Shown here in pieces: positions 1-11,785 of a stretch of DNA of 64,000 nucleotides. The notes under the pieces were generated by a model. The model was given only the letters and a program-made list of their open reading frames with translations, was not told the DNA's origin and ran no database searches. Position numbers and translations under genes: made by a program. Every line of letters begins with the position of its first letter. The first letter of the stretch is position 1. Source of the DNA: Candidatus Cloacimonadota bacterium (GTDB taxonomy: Bacteria > Cloacimonadota > Cloacimonadia > JGIOTU-2); NCBI GenBank assembly GCA_049903315.1, contig JBNGBT010000001.1, positions 96,001 through 160,000 of the forward strand, read 5' to 3'.

Positions 1-2113
1 ACAATCCCAGACATGCAATCAAAACCGCGATAAACGTAACATAGATGATCGTTTTGCTCTGACGTTGTTCTCTGAGATATTGCTGTGCAATACGGTCATC
101 GAGGAAATGATAGGTGAATGGTCGGTTTGGAGAAAGGGAATTCCATTCCTTTTCTATTGCACTGATGGTTTTGGACATATTTTCTGGTCGAACTTTTAAA
201 ACAAGTTCATTCATTTCAGAACCCCCCAAATGGATAAGTACCGGACGTATCATATCATGAAGTGATTCGAAGTGATAATTATTGATCACCCCGATTATTT
301 TGTAGGTTAAATCTACCATTGTATTCTCATCGAGTCCTGCATTTGGATCTTCAACTGTCGACCAATATACTTCCTTGCCGATCGGCTGATCATAACCAAG
401 TTGTGTTACAAGTGCCTGATTAACGATAAATGCTTCATCGTCAGTCTGCATGTCTTCAGAAAAATTCCTTCCTTCTACAAATTCTATCCCAAGAGTGTTG
501 AAGTAATCATAATCAACTTCTTCATACTTCATGACCATCGGCTGTTGATCTTCCAAGCCCTCAAAACTGAACAGATATTCCATATCTCCAGTATCTCCGG
601 GATAATTTGAAGAAAGACTGGCTGACTGGATACCTTCAAGAGCAAGTACATTTGCTTTGAAGACATCCATATTTGAGCGGATATCACTTCCCCTGAGCGG
701 AACGATGAGTATATGGTCTTTATTGAATCCCAATGGTTTGTTCTTCATATATGATATCTGGTTTAGCATGGTAAACGTGCATATTATCAAAGCAATTGAG
801 ATCACGAATTGGAACACGACCAAAACATCCCGGAAAATTCGATTTCCCGACCCTGCTTTGAGTGTGCCTTTGAGAACCTTAACCGGTTTGAAGGATGAGA
901 GAAAAAATGCAGGATAGATACCTGCGATACATCCGACTAAAAGACTAATTCCAAGTAAACCAAGTGATATTTGCCAATTTTTGAAGATATTATATGTTAA
1001 TTTTACATTTATTAACGAATTAAAAACAGGAAGGAGAAACTCGATCAGTGCAAGGGCAATGATCAAACCTAATAAACTCATGAAAATGGATTCGCCAAGA
1101 AACTGTCTGATCAATCTCGAGCGTTCTGCACCAATTACTTTTCTCATGCCCACTTCTCGTGCGCGGGATGCTGAACGGGCTGTGGAAAGGTTCATAAAAT
1201 TAATACATGCAATTAAGAGGATGAACAGTGCAACAGCTGAATATATGTAGATGAATGCAGTATCTCCGCTGCTATCATCATCAAAAGTGAAGTGTGAATG
1301 TAAATGGATATCCTTAAGAGGTTGAAGAAGTAGTTCAGCTTTCATTCCGTATTGAATTGCGATGGGGTGACTTTCTGCTTTCTCTTTAATGATTTCCCTG
1401 AATTTTGGTGCCATATCAGCCGGTGTAATGCCGTCTTGTAATTCAACATAGGTTGTGTAAGAATTCATTAACCAAATACTCATCATCTCCTCCCCCCTGA
1501 GTTTATACATTGTTGAAAAAGATGCGAGCATATCAAAAGACAGGTGGGAATTGGAGGGCATTTCTTCTACAACTCCTGTTACTGTATATTCGTTACTATT
1601 GTTGAATGTGAAAACCTTTCCTATTGGGTTTTCATCGCCGAAATATTTTTTTGCAGTCTCTTCAGTAAGGATGACCGAAAATGGATTTTCAAAGCAGGTT
1701 TCTGGATCACCTTTCAGGAATTTGATCGTAAATATATCGAAGAGTTCAGGATCAGCGTAATAGAGACCGGTCTGCTCATAGAGTTTATTATCGCAGGTTA
1801 CGATAGGGTGATTTTCCTGTGACATACGAGCAGCATGTTTGATGTCCGGATATTCTTCATTAAGATAAGGCGCGAGTGGTGCCATGGTTATCGAACCTGA
1901 AAGTTTATTTCCCATTGCTTCGAGATCCATGGTTACGCGATAGATATTCTCATAATTTTCATTGAATCTATCATACGTTAGTTCATTCACCACATACATA
2001 AGGATCATTGAGCTGATCGCAAGTCCTAGAGCAAGTCCTGTAATATTAATAAATGAAAAAATCTTACTTCTTTTAATGTTCCTAAACGCAATAATTAAAT
2101 AATTTTTTAACAT
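1..2113 (-). CDS. ABC transporter permease, MacB/FtsX type (3' end runs off the window)
   Basis: Absent from the ORF track because there is no stop in the window. ATG at 2113 with GGAG RBS gives MLKNYLIIAFRNIKRSKIFSFINITGLALG; the same frame reads SKTIIYVTFIAVLIACLGL at positions 58..2, the conserved C-terminal FtsX motif. Confidence 0.92.
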   Translation of the reverse strand, partial: MLKNYLIIAFRNIKRSKIFSFINITGLALGLAISSMILMYVVNELTYDRFNENYENIYRVTMDLEAMGNKLSGSITMAPLAPYLNEEYPDIKHAARMSQENHPIVTCDNKLYEQTGLYYADPELFDIFTIKFLKGDPETCFENPFSVILTEETAKKYFGDENPIGKVFTFNNSNEYTVTGVVEEMPSNSHLSFDMLASFSTMYKLRGEEMMSIWLMNSYTTYVELQDGITPADMAPKFREIIKEKAESHPIAIQYGMKAELLLQPLKDIHLHSHFTFDDDSSGDTAFIYIYSAVALFILLIACINFMNLSTARSASRAREVGMRKVIGAERSRLIRQFLGESIFMSLLGLIIALALIEFLLPVFNSLINVKLTYNIFKNWQISLGLLGISLLVGCIAGIYPAFFLSSFKPVKVLKGTLKAGSGNRIFRDVLVVFQFVISIALIICTFTMLNQISYMKNKPLGFNKDHILIVPLRGSDIRSNMDVFKANVLALEGIQSASLSSNYPGDTGDMEYLFSFEGLEDQQPMVMKYEEVDYDYFNTLGIEFVEGRNFSEDMQTDDEAFIVNQALVTQLGYDQPIGKEVYWSTVEDPNAGLDENTMVDLTYKIIGVINNYHFESLHDMIRPVLIHLGGSEMNELVLKVRPENMSKTISAIEKEWNSLSPNRPFTYHFLDDRIAQQYLREQRQSKTIIYVTFIAVLIACLGL

Positions 2114-2125
2114 GGTTATTTCTCC

Positions 2126-4514
2126 TTATTCATATTTCAAGGTTTCGACCGGATTTGACCGGATCACGGTTATCATTCTTAAAGAAATTGTTATAATGGA
2201 TATGGTAAGTGCAGCAATGCCGGCTAAAAGAAAGGGTATTATCGAAAAGGGTGCTTTGTAGGCAAAGCTTTTCAACCATTCGCGCATTAATAAGAATGCA
2301 GCCGGCCAAGCGATAATATTTGCATAGATCACCCATTGAGAAAATTCTTTTGAGAGAAGGTATATTATTTGCGGAACTGTTGAACCGAGTACCTTTCGGA
2401 TTGCAAGTTCCTTTTGGCGAACTTCTATAGCATATGACGCGAGACCGAAAAGTCCTAGGCAGGCTATGATAATAGCTAATCCAGCAAAAACTGCGATGCC
2501 AAATGCAAAACCTCTTTCTTCATCAAATTGGAAAGAGAAGATCTGATTAAATGGGAAACTCCTGAACTCTCGATCTGGATAGAGTTCTGTGTATATTTCT
2601 TCAATATTTTCAATTGTTGCTTCAGGGTCAGTGTTTACAAGACGAATAAATGCAAGTCCAGCTGCAGTGGGATTTAGCTGGAGGAGCATTGGTTCGACGG
2701 GACGATTTGCAAGACCAAAGTGAATATCTTTAAACACACCGATTACATGGAATGGCTCATCAATCATGCTCGCTCCACGATTAATGATCGTTTTCCCTTC
2801 CAGATCATTCCAGCCGGACATTCGATAGGCTGTTTCATTGATTAACACGGCTAAAGTGTCAGATGCAAAATCTCGAAAGAAATTTCTTCCCTTTACAATG
2901 CTTATCTCCAAAGAGGGTATAAAGTCATGATCGATCCAGAAGTGCTCAAACATATTGCTCTCACCCTCTTTCCGGTAGTCGAAACATACTTCAGTGGTTG
3001 GTAATGTTCTGCCTGGTGCGAGCGATGCTCGACCAAAGGAAATGATTCCGGGTATCTGGGCTAACTTCTCTTTTAAAAATATCGCTATCCAAACTCAAAT
3101 TCTGGTCTCCTGCCGGTATTATTACAACTTGATCGCGATTATATCCAAAATCACGATATTCTAAAAATCGAATCTGCTGAAGTACGATCAAAACTCCTGC
3201 AATAAGACCGATTGAGATGCTGAACTGTCCGATAATAAGTATTTTTCTTAGACCGAGACCCGTTCTTTTTTTGTTTAATTTAGCTTTCAGGACTTTTGTC
3301 GGTTTGAAGGATGAAAGAATTACTGCCGGGTAGAAACCGGAAGCCATTCCTAAAACGATAGCAAGGACCATAAACAGTAACAGTGTTAAGGGATGTTGGA
3401 GGAAATCAAGCGTAAGTGTTTTGTTCAGGAATGTTTGCAAATGAGGGAGACTGATTTCAGCAGCACAGATTGCAATAATCATTGCGAGTATTGTGAGTAT
3501 TATGGATTCAAGGATGAATTGTGTTCCTAATTGTTTTCTACTTGCCCCGACCACTTTTCTCATTCCCACTTCTCGAGCTCGTTTTACCGATCGGGCAATA
3601 GAAAGATTAACAAAATTAATTGAAGCAACGAATATAACAAGAATTGCGATTAGAATAAGTGCATATACAGCTGACCTGTTATTCTTATTCATGTTGAAGG
3701 CATCGTAGCGGATATCCTGGGAACCCAGGTGCATATCGAGAATCGGTTGTAACTGAGGAGTAAATACTTCAGAAAATCCTCCTTCTCGAGATGATGCGAC
3801 AATTTTAGGTTCTACCTCTTTTGGATCGACTCCTTCATAAAGAAGCACATAGCCAGTAAGAGAAAGGTTTTCCCAGCTATCCCACCACGCGAGATTACGA
3901 TTGACGTCCATAAATTGAACTACATCGAATTGTATATGAGAAGTAGTTGGAGGAGATTCAATAATTCCTGCAACATATGCATGCTCATTGGAGCGAATAT
4001 TAATTGGTTGTCCAACGGGATTTTCATCAGGATAGATTGCATCAACAACATCTTGTGAAATATAAATTCCATTCGGGTCTTTGAAAGGATGTTCTTTCTC
4101 TCCCTCAAGTATTTCAAAATCGAAGACGTTGAAAAATCCGGGTCCGGTTATAATTCCTCGCCTAAATATTGCAAGAGAGTCCGAAGCAGGATCAATAGTG
4201 CCAGGTTGTAATCTGAAAAAAGCGGGACTAACTCGAGTAGATGCCTCGATCTCAGGAATATCTTCACCAAATTTCAGCATCATTGGACCTGATGTAACTG
4301 CAGAGACCCAATCACGAGTATTATCAAATGAAACCACTCGATAGATCCTGTCTGCATTGGTATGATACCGATCAAACGAAAGGTCATCAACAACATACAA
4401 TCCTATTATGATACAAACATAAATTCCAAGTGCCAATCCGAATATGTTAATAAATGAAAAGATCTTGCTTCTTTTAATATTGCGAAATGTGACCAATAAA
4501 TAATTTTTTAACAT
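2126..4514 (-). pseudogene. MacB/FtsX-type permease split by a single-base frameshift (ORFs 2991..4514 and 2126..2953)
   Basis: Removing one A from minus-strand TTTTTAAAA (3071-3079) joins DIFK to EKLAQIPGIISFGRASLAPGRTLPT...NMFEH, giving a ~795-aa protein like its paralogs. A sequencing error cannot be excluded. Confidence 0.8.
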
Positions 4515-4521
4515 ACTGACC

Positions 4522-6912
4522 CTATTCGTAACTTAATATTTTTGCTGGATTTGTATTTGCAACCTTATATGATTGCGAACCGATCGCAAGAAAAGCGATG
4601 CCGAAGGTGAGTAAGAAAATGCCAAGATATGTAAAGATGTTCACCTGATTAATGAACATCAAGCCGTTTTGCATGACTTTCGTCCAAAGGAAGTGTATTA
4701 GTACAATTCCAAGGAGATTCGCGATGGTGACCAAGAGTAAAAATTGTTTGCTTATCGTCCAAAAAATTTGTCTTCTTGATGCACCAAGTACTTTACGTAT
4801 ACTCATTTCCTTTAATCTCATTTCAACGAGAATCGAAGTAAGTCCAAGAAGTCCGAGGCACGAGAAGAAAATCGCCAAAAGTCCTATAATGCTAAAAAAA
4901 TTACTCACTTTAACGATCATACCCACGGTATCCGTGAAGAATTGATTTAATGATACCATGCTCATGGGCATATCAGGAAAGACCTTGTCCCATATGGCTT
5001 TTATCTCATTTTCTATCAATGTAAAATCTGTGCCCTCTCTATAACGCACGAGCAGGTAATTTAAATTATCATTCTCGATGTGAATAATAGAAGCAGGCAT
5101 CTCGAATTCGATATCACCAAAGATGAAGTCCTCAGCTATTCCGATAACAGTGCCTTCTTTCTCACCGACTTTGATTGTTTTTCCGATAGGATCAGCAAGC
5201 CCAAGTTTTTCTGCAGTAACGCTATTGATAACAAAGGAATTGTCATCGCCCATTTCCTTCTTAAAACTCCTTCCTGCAAGAAGCTCGATCTCCATCAAAT
5301 CGATGAAATTATAGTCCACACCATAGGATTCAACAGATACATTCATGGGATTCTGTTCGACTGGCACTGATGCAAGTTGCGGTGAAATCCATACAATTGG
5401 AAGTTGAGCAGATGCAGAAACACTTGTAATCTCGGGTCGAGCAAGCAGTTCATTCTTGATGATTTCTTTTTCTGAAGAAGGAATATTTTCGAAGAGGATT
5501 CCTGCGATATTATCTCTGTTGAATCCATAATCTGCTGTGACCACCTGCTTAATTTGATCCTTTGTAATGGTTGCTGTTGTAATAAGAATGATTGCGAGAA
5601 AAAATTGTAAGATTATCAGAACTTTGTTTCCTTTTCTTCTGTTCTTCCCTTTTATGATATCATTTTTAAGAATCTTGATGGGCTTGAAGCCTGATTGGTA
5701 GATGGCGGGATAGAGTCCAGATATACATCCTACAATGAGTGATGTGTAGAAAAAATATTTGATGATGAAGGGATAATTCCAGACAGATGTTCCTGCACTG
5801 TTAAGAAGTTCTGGCATGGACTGTCCTATAAAAGATTTGAGTAACATGGGATAACCGACTTCAAATATGGTGAAAGCGAGAGGGAGTGCGATGAGGGAGA
5901 TGAGTATCGATTCTCCAAGAAATTGAAGTACAAGCTGAAAGCGCGAGGCACCAATGATCTTTCGTATTCCAATCTCTTTAACTCTTTTCATATATCGCGC
6001 AACAGAAAGATTGATGAAATTAATACACACGACGAAAAGCAGAAGTATAGAAATCACGAATAATATGATAATACCACGCAGAGAACTGCTTGCCAGCCAT
6101 GAAGAAATATGCTCGGATTTCAACCTGAAATCTAATAAAGAGAAAAGGTACATTTCTTTTGGAGCATTCTCGTCTTCACCATAATGAGCGGATTGAAGTT
6201 GAGTAAGCTTCGTATTAACTTCACCCGCAGATGCATTATCCTTCAATAGAAGAAAAGTAGTAACAGGATATTCATGATTTGAATCAAGGTTTGGAAGAAA
6301 TTGAGGAAGACTTGCGTAGGAAACCAGGAAATTATAGCGTATTGAAGAAGTGCGCGGCGTGTCTTCAATGACACCTGTAACGACCATCAGTTTATTATTA
6401 ATATAAAGATTTTTTCCTAAGGGATTGATTTTACCAAAGAATTTCTCAGCATTATATTTTGTGAGAATAATTGAGTTTGGTTCAGATAGGGCAGTTTTTG
6501 GATCGCCAGTGATAAGTTTAAAGGCGAACATCTCGAAAAATTCAGGATCGGCAAAAAGAATTCTATTCTCATAGAAAATATGATCATTTGATTTAATCAC
6601 CATTGTTGGAGAATTATAGATCCTTGTCGCTTGCTCTATTTCCGGAATTTCTGAGATGATAGATTTTTTAAGTGGGGAAGAAGTATACGCAGCATGGATA
6701 TCTTTATTTTCTTCATCTTCAAAAACCTGCACCACAGTGAAGATGCGCCCGGCATGCTTATGGAATTTATCTGAGTTTAGTTTGATCCCGGCTGAAGTTG
6801 AGAAGATACCGAAAATGACCATTCCCACCGCCAATCCAAATACGTTAATTGCAGTGAAAACTCTATGATGAAGAAGGTTTCTTATAGCAGTTAAAAGATA
6901 ATTTCTGTACAT
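4522..6912 (-). CDS. ABC transporter permease, MacB/FtsX type (796 aa)
   Basis: Two FtsX motifs (CINFINLSVAR...EIGIRKIIGA; EMSIRKVLGA), two periplasmic domains, NPAKILSYE end. Confidence 0.95.
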   Translation of the reverse strand: MYRNYLLTAIRNLLHHRVFTAINVFGLAVGMVIFGIFSTSAGIKLNSDKFHKHAGRIFTVVQVFEDEENKDIHAAYTSSPLKKSIISEIPEIEQATRIYNSPTMVIKSNDHIFYENRILFADPEFFEMFAFKLITGDPKTALSEPNSIILTKYNAEKFFGKINPLGKNLYINNKLMVVTGVIEDTPRTSSIRYNFLVSYASLPQFLPNLDSNHEYPVTTFLLLKDNASAGEVNTKLTQLQSAHYGEDENAPKEMYLFSLLDFRLKSEHISSWLASSSLRGIIILFVISILLLFVVCINFINLSVARYMKRVKEIGIRKIIGASRFQLVLQFLGESILISLIALPLAFTIFEVGYPMLLKSFIGQSMPELLNSAGTSVWNYPFIIKYFFYTSLIVGCISGLYPAIYQSGFKPIKILKNDIIKGKNRRKGNKVLIILQFFLAIILITTATITKDQIKQVVTADYGFNRDNIAGILFENIPSSEKEIIKNELLARPEITSVSASAQLPIVWISPQLASVPVEQNPMNVSVESYGVDYNFIDLMEIELLAGRSFKKEMGDDNSFVINSVTAEKLGLADPIGKTIKVGEKEGTVIGIAEDFIFGDIEFEMPASIIHIENDNLNYLLVRYREGTDFTLIENEIKAIWDKVFPDMPMSMVSLNQFFTDTVGMIVKVSNFFSIIGLLAIFFSCLGLLGLTSILVEMRLKEMSIRKVLGASRRQIFWTISKQFLLLVTIANLLGIVLIHFLWTKVMQNGLMFINQVNIFTYLGIFLLTFGIAFLAIGSQSYKVANTNPAKILSYE

Positions 6913-6920
6913 CTTACATC

Positions 6921-9347
6921 CTATTCATGCTTTAATGCTTTTACAGGATTGGCATGTGCTGCAAGTATTATTCTATAACTTATTGTGATAAATGCAATGA
7001 CTATCGAAGTACAGAGGGAGACGATGAAGATCAATGGGGAGATAGAGATTTTATAAGCAAAATTTTGAAGCCAGGAGTTCATGGCAAACCAAGCAAAAGG
7101 AAGTGCAATGATATTGGCGATACATACCCAGATCAGAAACCTGTACGATAATAATTTTATGATATTTGGAAGGTTTGCACCAAGAACTTTACGGACACCG
7201 ATCTCCTTTGTTTTTAATTCCGCATAATAAGCGGAAAGACCAAATAATCCAAGGCAAGAGATAATCAAAGCAAGTATGGTAAAAGTCTTGAAGATTCTGT
7301 TCAATCTATGCTCATTTGCATATAGTGTATTAAGTTTGTCATCCAAAAACGTATAATTAAAAAGTGAACCTGGAGATATCTCCTGGAACTTTTGTTTCAA
7401 ATATTCGAGTATTTGAGCAATATCTCTTCCTCTCATTTTAACAAGCAGGTATGAAGCCCAATTGGGATTAAATTCAATGACCAATGGTTCAATCGTATTA
7501 TGTAAAGATGCGAAATTAAAATCCTTAACAATGCCTACGATTTCAGCTTCAGTTCCCCTGAAGTTTGATGCGATCTTGCCGATCGGTTCATCTAACCTGA
7601 TTGCATGTAAAATTTTCTCGTTTAAAATAAATGCTGGATTATCATTAGCTCGCTCAACAAAACTTTTACCGTCGATCAACTCAATTCCCATTGTTTCAAT
7701 GAAATCCTGGTCAACACGAATATATCTTATTGGAGGATTTTCTACATCATCGGGAATGGTTTCCTGTTGGATGTCTTCCACACTAAAACGTTCACCTGGA
7801 ATATTAGAAGACATAGCTACGGACTGTATTCCGGAGTGTGCCAGAAATTCATTTTTCAACGCGGATATATTTTTTCTTACTTCCCGTCCAATATCACCTG
7901 ATAGATTCAGTGCTACGACTTGATCTTTATCAAATCCAAGCTCTTTTTTCTGAAAAAGACTCATTTGCTGGAAGATAATAAGCGTGCTGAAGATCATAAA
8001 GACTGAAATGACAAATTGGAAAACTACGAGGATGTTTCGAATACTCGTTACTGATGAATGGGGATCTTTCTGTCCTTTAAGTGAAGCGATCACTTTGAAA
8101 CGAGACATAAAAAATGCTGGATAAAGACCGGAAAGCAATCCATAAATTATTACAAGCGCTAATATGATAATAATGTTCTCTGTGGTGAGAAGCATTGATA
8201 GTGAGAATGAAAGCCCGGTAATTTTTGAATAAAGTGGAATTGAAAACTCGATGAGGAATATCGCGACTCCGGCAGAGATAAATGCAATAATAAGAGATTC
8301 GGACAGAAACTGTCGTATCAGGTTAGTCTTATTTGCTCCAACGATCTTTCTCACGCCGATCTCACGCATTCTTCCAAAAGCCCGTGCTGTAGAGAGGTTG
8401 ACAAAGTTAACCCCTGCAAGCACCAGCACGAGTATCATAATGAAAGCAAAAACATAAACATATACTTTGTTGCTGTTTGCAGCCATCTCTTGCTCGAGGT
8501 GGGATGTAAGATGAATATCAGTAAGGGGCTGCAGATGAAGTTTAAGATTATCGTGAACATCACCTTCCTCGAAAATGCTTTCATAAAAATGTTCTGTGAA
8601 AGTAAACAGCTTCTCTTCAACTGCTTTCATGTCCGCATGCTCATACACAAGGACATACGTATAGAAATGAGCCCATCCCCGAGATTCCATCCAGTCGCTT
8701 GCACCACGCTCTTCCATAAGTTTGTACAGCGAATTTATTGAAACAAGATGATCAAAGGACATATGAGAATTGTAAGGTAAATCTTTAATCACACCGGTAA
8801 CGGTTAGATCATTTCGGGCTGTTTCGTTGTGAATAACCTGTCCCAGCGGATTGCTGTCCCCAAAATATTTTTCAGCCATTGATTCTGTGACCACCATCGA
8901 ATTCAGCTTTTCAAATGCAGACTCAGGATTACCATTAAGAAACTCAATATCAAAGATAGAGAAAAATTCTTTATCAGCATAAAATCCGCTGTCTTCTTTA
9001 AATCGAAGCATTTCATCAGCGGACCTTTCATAGGTATATGTATTTGAATACGTGTCGAATAATCGAGTGACTTGTTCAATTTCGGGAATATCTTCCATTA
9101 TTTCTAACGCATGTAAGGGGGATACAACTGCCCAGTGTAATCCATTCTCATCAAGGTTCTCATTAGTAATCCTGTAAATTCTATCAGCTTTCGGAAAGAA
9201 TGTATCATAACTGATCTCTGATTTCAAGTAAAAGAGAATGAGCAAACTACAAGCCAGTCCAAGTGCAAGACCTACGATATTTATCATACTATTAAGCTTA
9301 TTCTTTTTCAGGTTTCTTGTTGCAAGAATTAGATAGTTTTTAAACAT
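6921..9347 (-). CDS. ABC transporter permease, MacB/FtsX type (808 aa)
   Basis: MFKNY start, NFVNLSTAR...EIGVRKIVGA, EIGVRKVLGA, NPVKALKHE end. Confidence 0.95.
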   Translation of the reverse strand: MFKNYLILATRNLKKNKLNSMINIVGLALGLACSLLILFYLKSEISYDTFFPKADRIYRITNENLDENGLHWAVVSPLHALEIMEDIPEIEQVTRLFDTYSNTYTYERSADEMLRFKEDSGFYADKEFFSIFDIEFLNGNPESAFEKLNSMVVTESMAEKYFGDSNPLGQVIHNETARNDLTVTGVIKDLPYNSHMSFDHLVSINSLYKLMEERGASDWMESRGWAHFYTYVLVYEHADMKAVEEKLFTFTEHFYESIFEEGDVHDNLKLHLQPLTDIHLTSHLEQEMAANSNKVYVYVFAFIMILVLVLAGVNFVNLSTARAFGRMREIGVRKIVGANKTNLIRQFLSESLIIAFISAGVAIFLIEFSIPLYSKITGLSFSLSMLLTTENIIIILALVIIYGLLSGLYPAFFMSRFKVIASLKGQKDPHSSVTSIRNILVVFQFVISVFMIFSTLIIFQQMSLFQKKELGFDKDQVVALNLSGDIGREVRKNISALKNEFLAHSGIQSVAMSSNIPGERFSVEDIQQETIPDDVENPPIRYIRVDQDFIETMGIELIDGKSFVERANDNPAFILNEKILHAIRLDEPIGKIASNFRGTEAEIVGIVKDFNFASLHNTIEPLVIEFNPNWASYLLVKMRGRDIAQILEYLKQKFQEISPGSLFNYTFLDDKLNTLYANEHRLNRIFKTFTILALIISCLGLFGLSAYYAELKTKEIGVRKVLGANLPNIIKLLSYRFLIWVCIANIIALPFAWFAMNSWLQNFAYKISISPLIFIVSLCTSIVIAFITISYRIILAAHANPVKALKHE

Positions 9348-9356
9348 AAAGATTCC

Positions 9357-11774
9357 TTATTCGTACCTTATTATATTTGCCGGATTGGAATGAGCTGCTT
9401 TCAGTGTCTGAAAACTCACGGTTATGATAGAAGCAAGCACAGAAATAACGGCAGCAATAATAAAAGTAAGCATGTTGAGGTTGACGCGATAGGAAAATCC
9501 CTGTAACCATTGCCGTGAAGCAAACCACGCAAGAGGTAGTGCCACAATATTGGCAATCAGAACGAGTTTTAAGAAATTAAATACGAGCAATCGTATAACG
9601 CTTGAGGAGCTTGCACCAAGTATTCTTCGGATGCTGATTTCTTTCATCTTTTGAGAGATAGAGTAGCTGGCGAGTCCGAACAATCCAAGGCATGCCACAA
9701 AAATTGCAAATCCAGAAAAGATATTTACGACCATTCCTGTTCTGATATCACGTCTGTAGAGATTATCGATTGACTCATCCAAGAATTGGAAATTCATAGG
9801 CTTGTCCGGGAAAAGGTCTTTCCACGAAGTATTTATATAATCCATCGCATTATGAAGATGCCCCTCCTTGATCCGGGCAACAACTGTACTACCCGTGGAA
9901 TCTGCAAGTTTGAAAATGACGATCGGCTCGATGGGTTGCTGAAGTCCATCGGTATGGAAATCTCTCACCACACCGATTACTTCAGAACCAAGACTGTCCG
10001 TATCTCCGAAAAATATCCTTTTTCCAACAGGTATGTCCCAACCAAGCTGACGGGTAGCAGTCTGATTAATGAGTACTCGCGTCCCGATATGAGCATCGAG
10101 TTCTTTATCAAAATTTCTTCCCTCGGCAATTTTCATATCCATTGTAGGGATAAATTCAGGGCTGATTGAGAAATTTCTCCAGATGAATATATCTTCTTCA
10201 GAGGTTCCTTCCGGATTCACCCCGGTTCTTCCAAAGGTTCTGCCTGGCAGGTTCGATGTGCGAGCAGTATTTTCTATGCCTGTATGTTCATGGAGTAGAG
10301 ATCTGAAGGTTTCAATATTATTATATAGTTCCTGATCTCTCATATTGAAGGATACTATTTGTTCTTTATTATAACCTAAATCTTTTGTATGAATAAAGTG
10401 CATCTGCTGTTGAATAATAATGCTCAATCCTATAAGCGCAATCGAAAGAGTGAACTGGAAGATAACCAGTATTTTTCGGAGTAGCACACCACCTTTGCTT
10501 TTCTGATAGGAACCTTTCAGAATAGTTACAGGCTTGAAGCTGGAGAGAATAAATGCAGGATACAAACCTGCCACTACACCGATAAAAGTCCAGATTGCAA
10601 GTATGGGCAGGATCAATCTTTGCAGTATTCCAAAATTAAAAGTGATTGAGGTTCCTGCAATATTGTTAAGAAACGGGATGGTAATATCAACAAGAGGTAT
10701 TGCAAGGATGATAGAAATAAAGGAAATAAACAGGGATTCACCAATAAACTGACCCCGGAGCTGCGACAGGTTTGACCCGACAACTTTTCGCATACCCACT
10801 TCTTTTGATCGCTGCATGCTTCGGGCAGTGGAAAGGTTCATATAATTAACCGCAGCGATAAGAAGGATGAGAAATACTATCGCTGAGAAGATATAGATGT
10901 TCTTAATATCTCCTTTATTGCCGATCGGGTCGAAAATGATGTCTGTCGAGTGAAGATGTACATCCCGGATAGGTTGCAATGTGATCTCGAAATTTTCGCT
11001 CACATCGTTCTCACGACACAAGGTGGTGAGTCTTTCCGGCAATCCTTCTGCGGATGCTCCTTCTCTGAGCAATATGTAGGTGGGCATCGCAACAAGTCCC
11101 CAGCTTTCAAGCCAAATGGGCTGAGTAGATCCCTCCGGCTGATTTGCCCGGGCAAGAGACTCAAATGTGGAAAGCGACACAAGGGCATCAAAGGTAAAAT
11201 GAGTGTTGCTGGGCATGTCTTCCATGATGCCTGTTACTGTCAGAATGAGTCCGCCGCCTGCATCGAGTTCTTCATTAAAGGCAGGCCTGTTTTTAAATAT
11301 CATTTCTGCCAGAGATTCCGAAAGCACTATAGAATAGGGCTCAACAAGGGCTGTTTCTCTATTTCCAAGAATGAGAGAATAATCGAATAATTGAAAAAAA
11401 TTAGCGTCAGCTGCCCGCGCATTATCACTCGTGATGCCTTCTTCACCATTATATTGAAATACGGATTGTCTTCCACCTGATATGCGAAGTGCGTCCTCGA
11501 TTTCGGGAATATTTTCCTTCATTGCCGGACCAAGAGGGGGCATCGTGATCCCCACGCGCTGTTTGTTCGTCCCCAGTGCGCTATCTATGGTAAGAACGCG
11601 ATATAATCTGTCTGCGTTGGAATGCATATTCTCATATGAATATTCGTATCGTATGAATAGAACAATAAGCAAGCATGCGGTAATGCCGATCGTCAAACCG
11701 AGTATGTTGATGACAGAAAAAGCCTTATGCCGAAGAATATTTCTTAATGCAATCTTTAAATAATTCTTAATCAT
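9357..11774 (-). CDS. ABC transporter permease, MacB/FtsX type (805 aa)
   Basis: MIKNY start, NYMNLSTARS...EVGMRKVVG, NPANIIRYE end. Confidence 0.95.
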   Translation of the reverse strand: MIKNYLKIALRNILRHKAFSVINILGLTIGITACLLIVLFIRYEYSYENMHSNADRLYRVLTIDSALGTNKQRVGITMPPLGPAMKENIPEIEDALRISGGRQSVFQYNGEEGITSDNARAADANFFQLFDYSLILGNRETALVEPYSIVLSESLAEMIFKNRPAFNEELDAGGGLILTVTGIMEDMPSNTHFTFDALVSLSTFESLARANQPEGSTQPIWLESWGLVAMPTYILLREGASAEGLPERLTTLCRENDVSENFEITLQPIRDVHLHSTDIIFDPIGNKGDIKNIYIFSAIVFLILLIAAVNYMNLSTARSMQRSKEVGMRKVVGSNLSQLRGQFIGESLFISFISIILAIPLVDITIPFLNNIAGTSITFNFGILQRLILPILAIWTFIGVVAGLYPAFILSSFKPVTILKGSYQKSKGGVLLRKILVIFQFTLSIALIGLSIIIQQQMHFIHTKDLGYNKEQIVSFNMRDQELYNNIETFRSLLHEHTGIENTARTSNLPGRTFGRTGVNPEGTSEEDIFIWRNFSISPEFIPTMDMKIAEGRNFDKELDAHIGTRVLINQTATRQLGWDIPVGKRIFFGDTDSLGSEVIGVVRDFHTDGLQQPIEPIVIFKLADSTGSTVVARIKEGHLHNAMDYINTSWKDLFPDKPMNFQFLDESIDNLYRRDIRTGMVVNIFSGFAIFVACLGLFGLASYSISQKMKEISIRRILGASSSSVIRLLVFNFLKLVLIANIVALPLAWFASRQWLQGFSYRVNLNMLTFIIAAVISVLASIITVSFQTLKAAHSNPANIIRYE

Positions 11775-11785
11775 AGAATATTACC

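Noticed and set aside
3071..3079. Programmed -1 ribosomal frameshift
   Set aside because: Frame restoration needs +1, and the in-frame codons TTT AAA do not fit X XXY YYZ.
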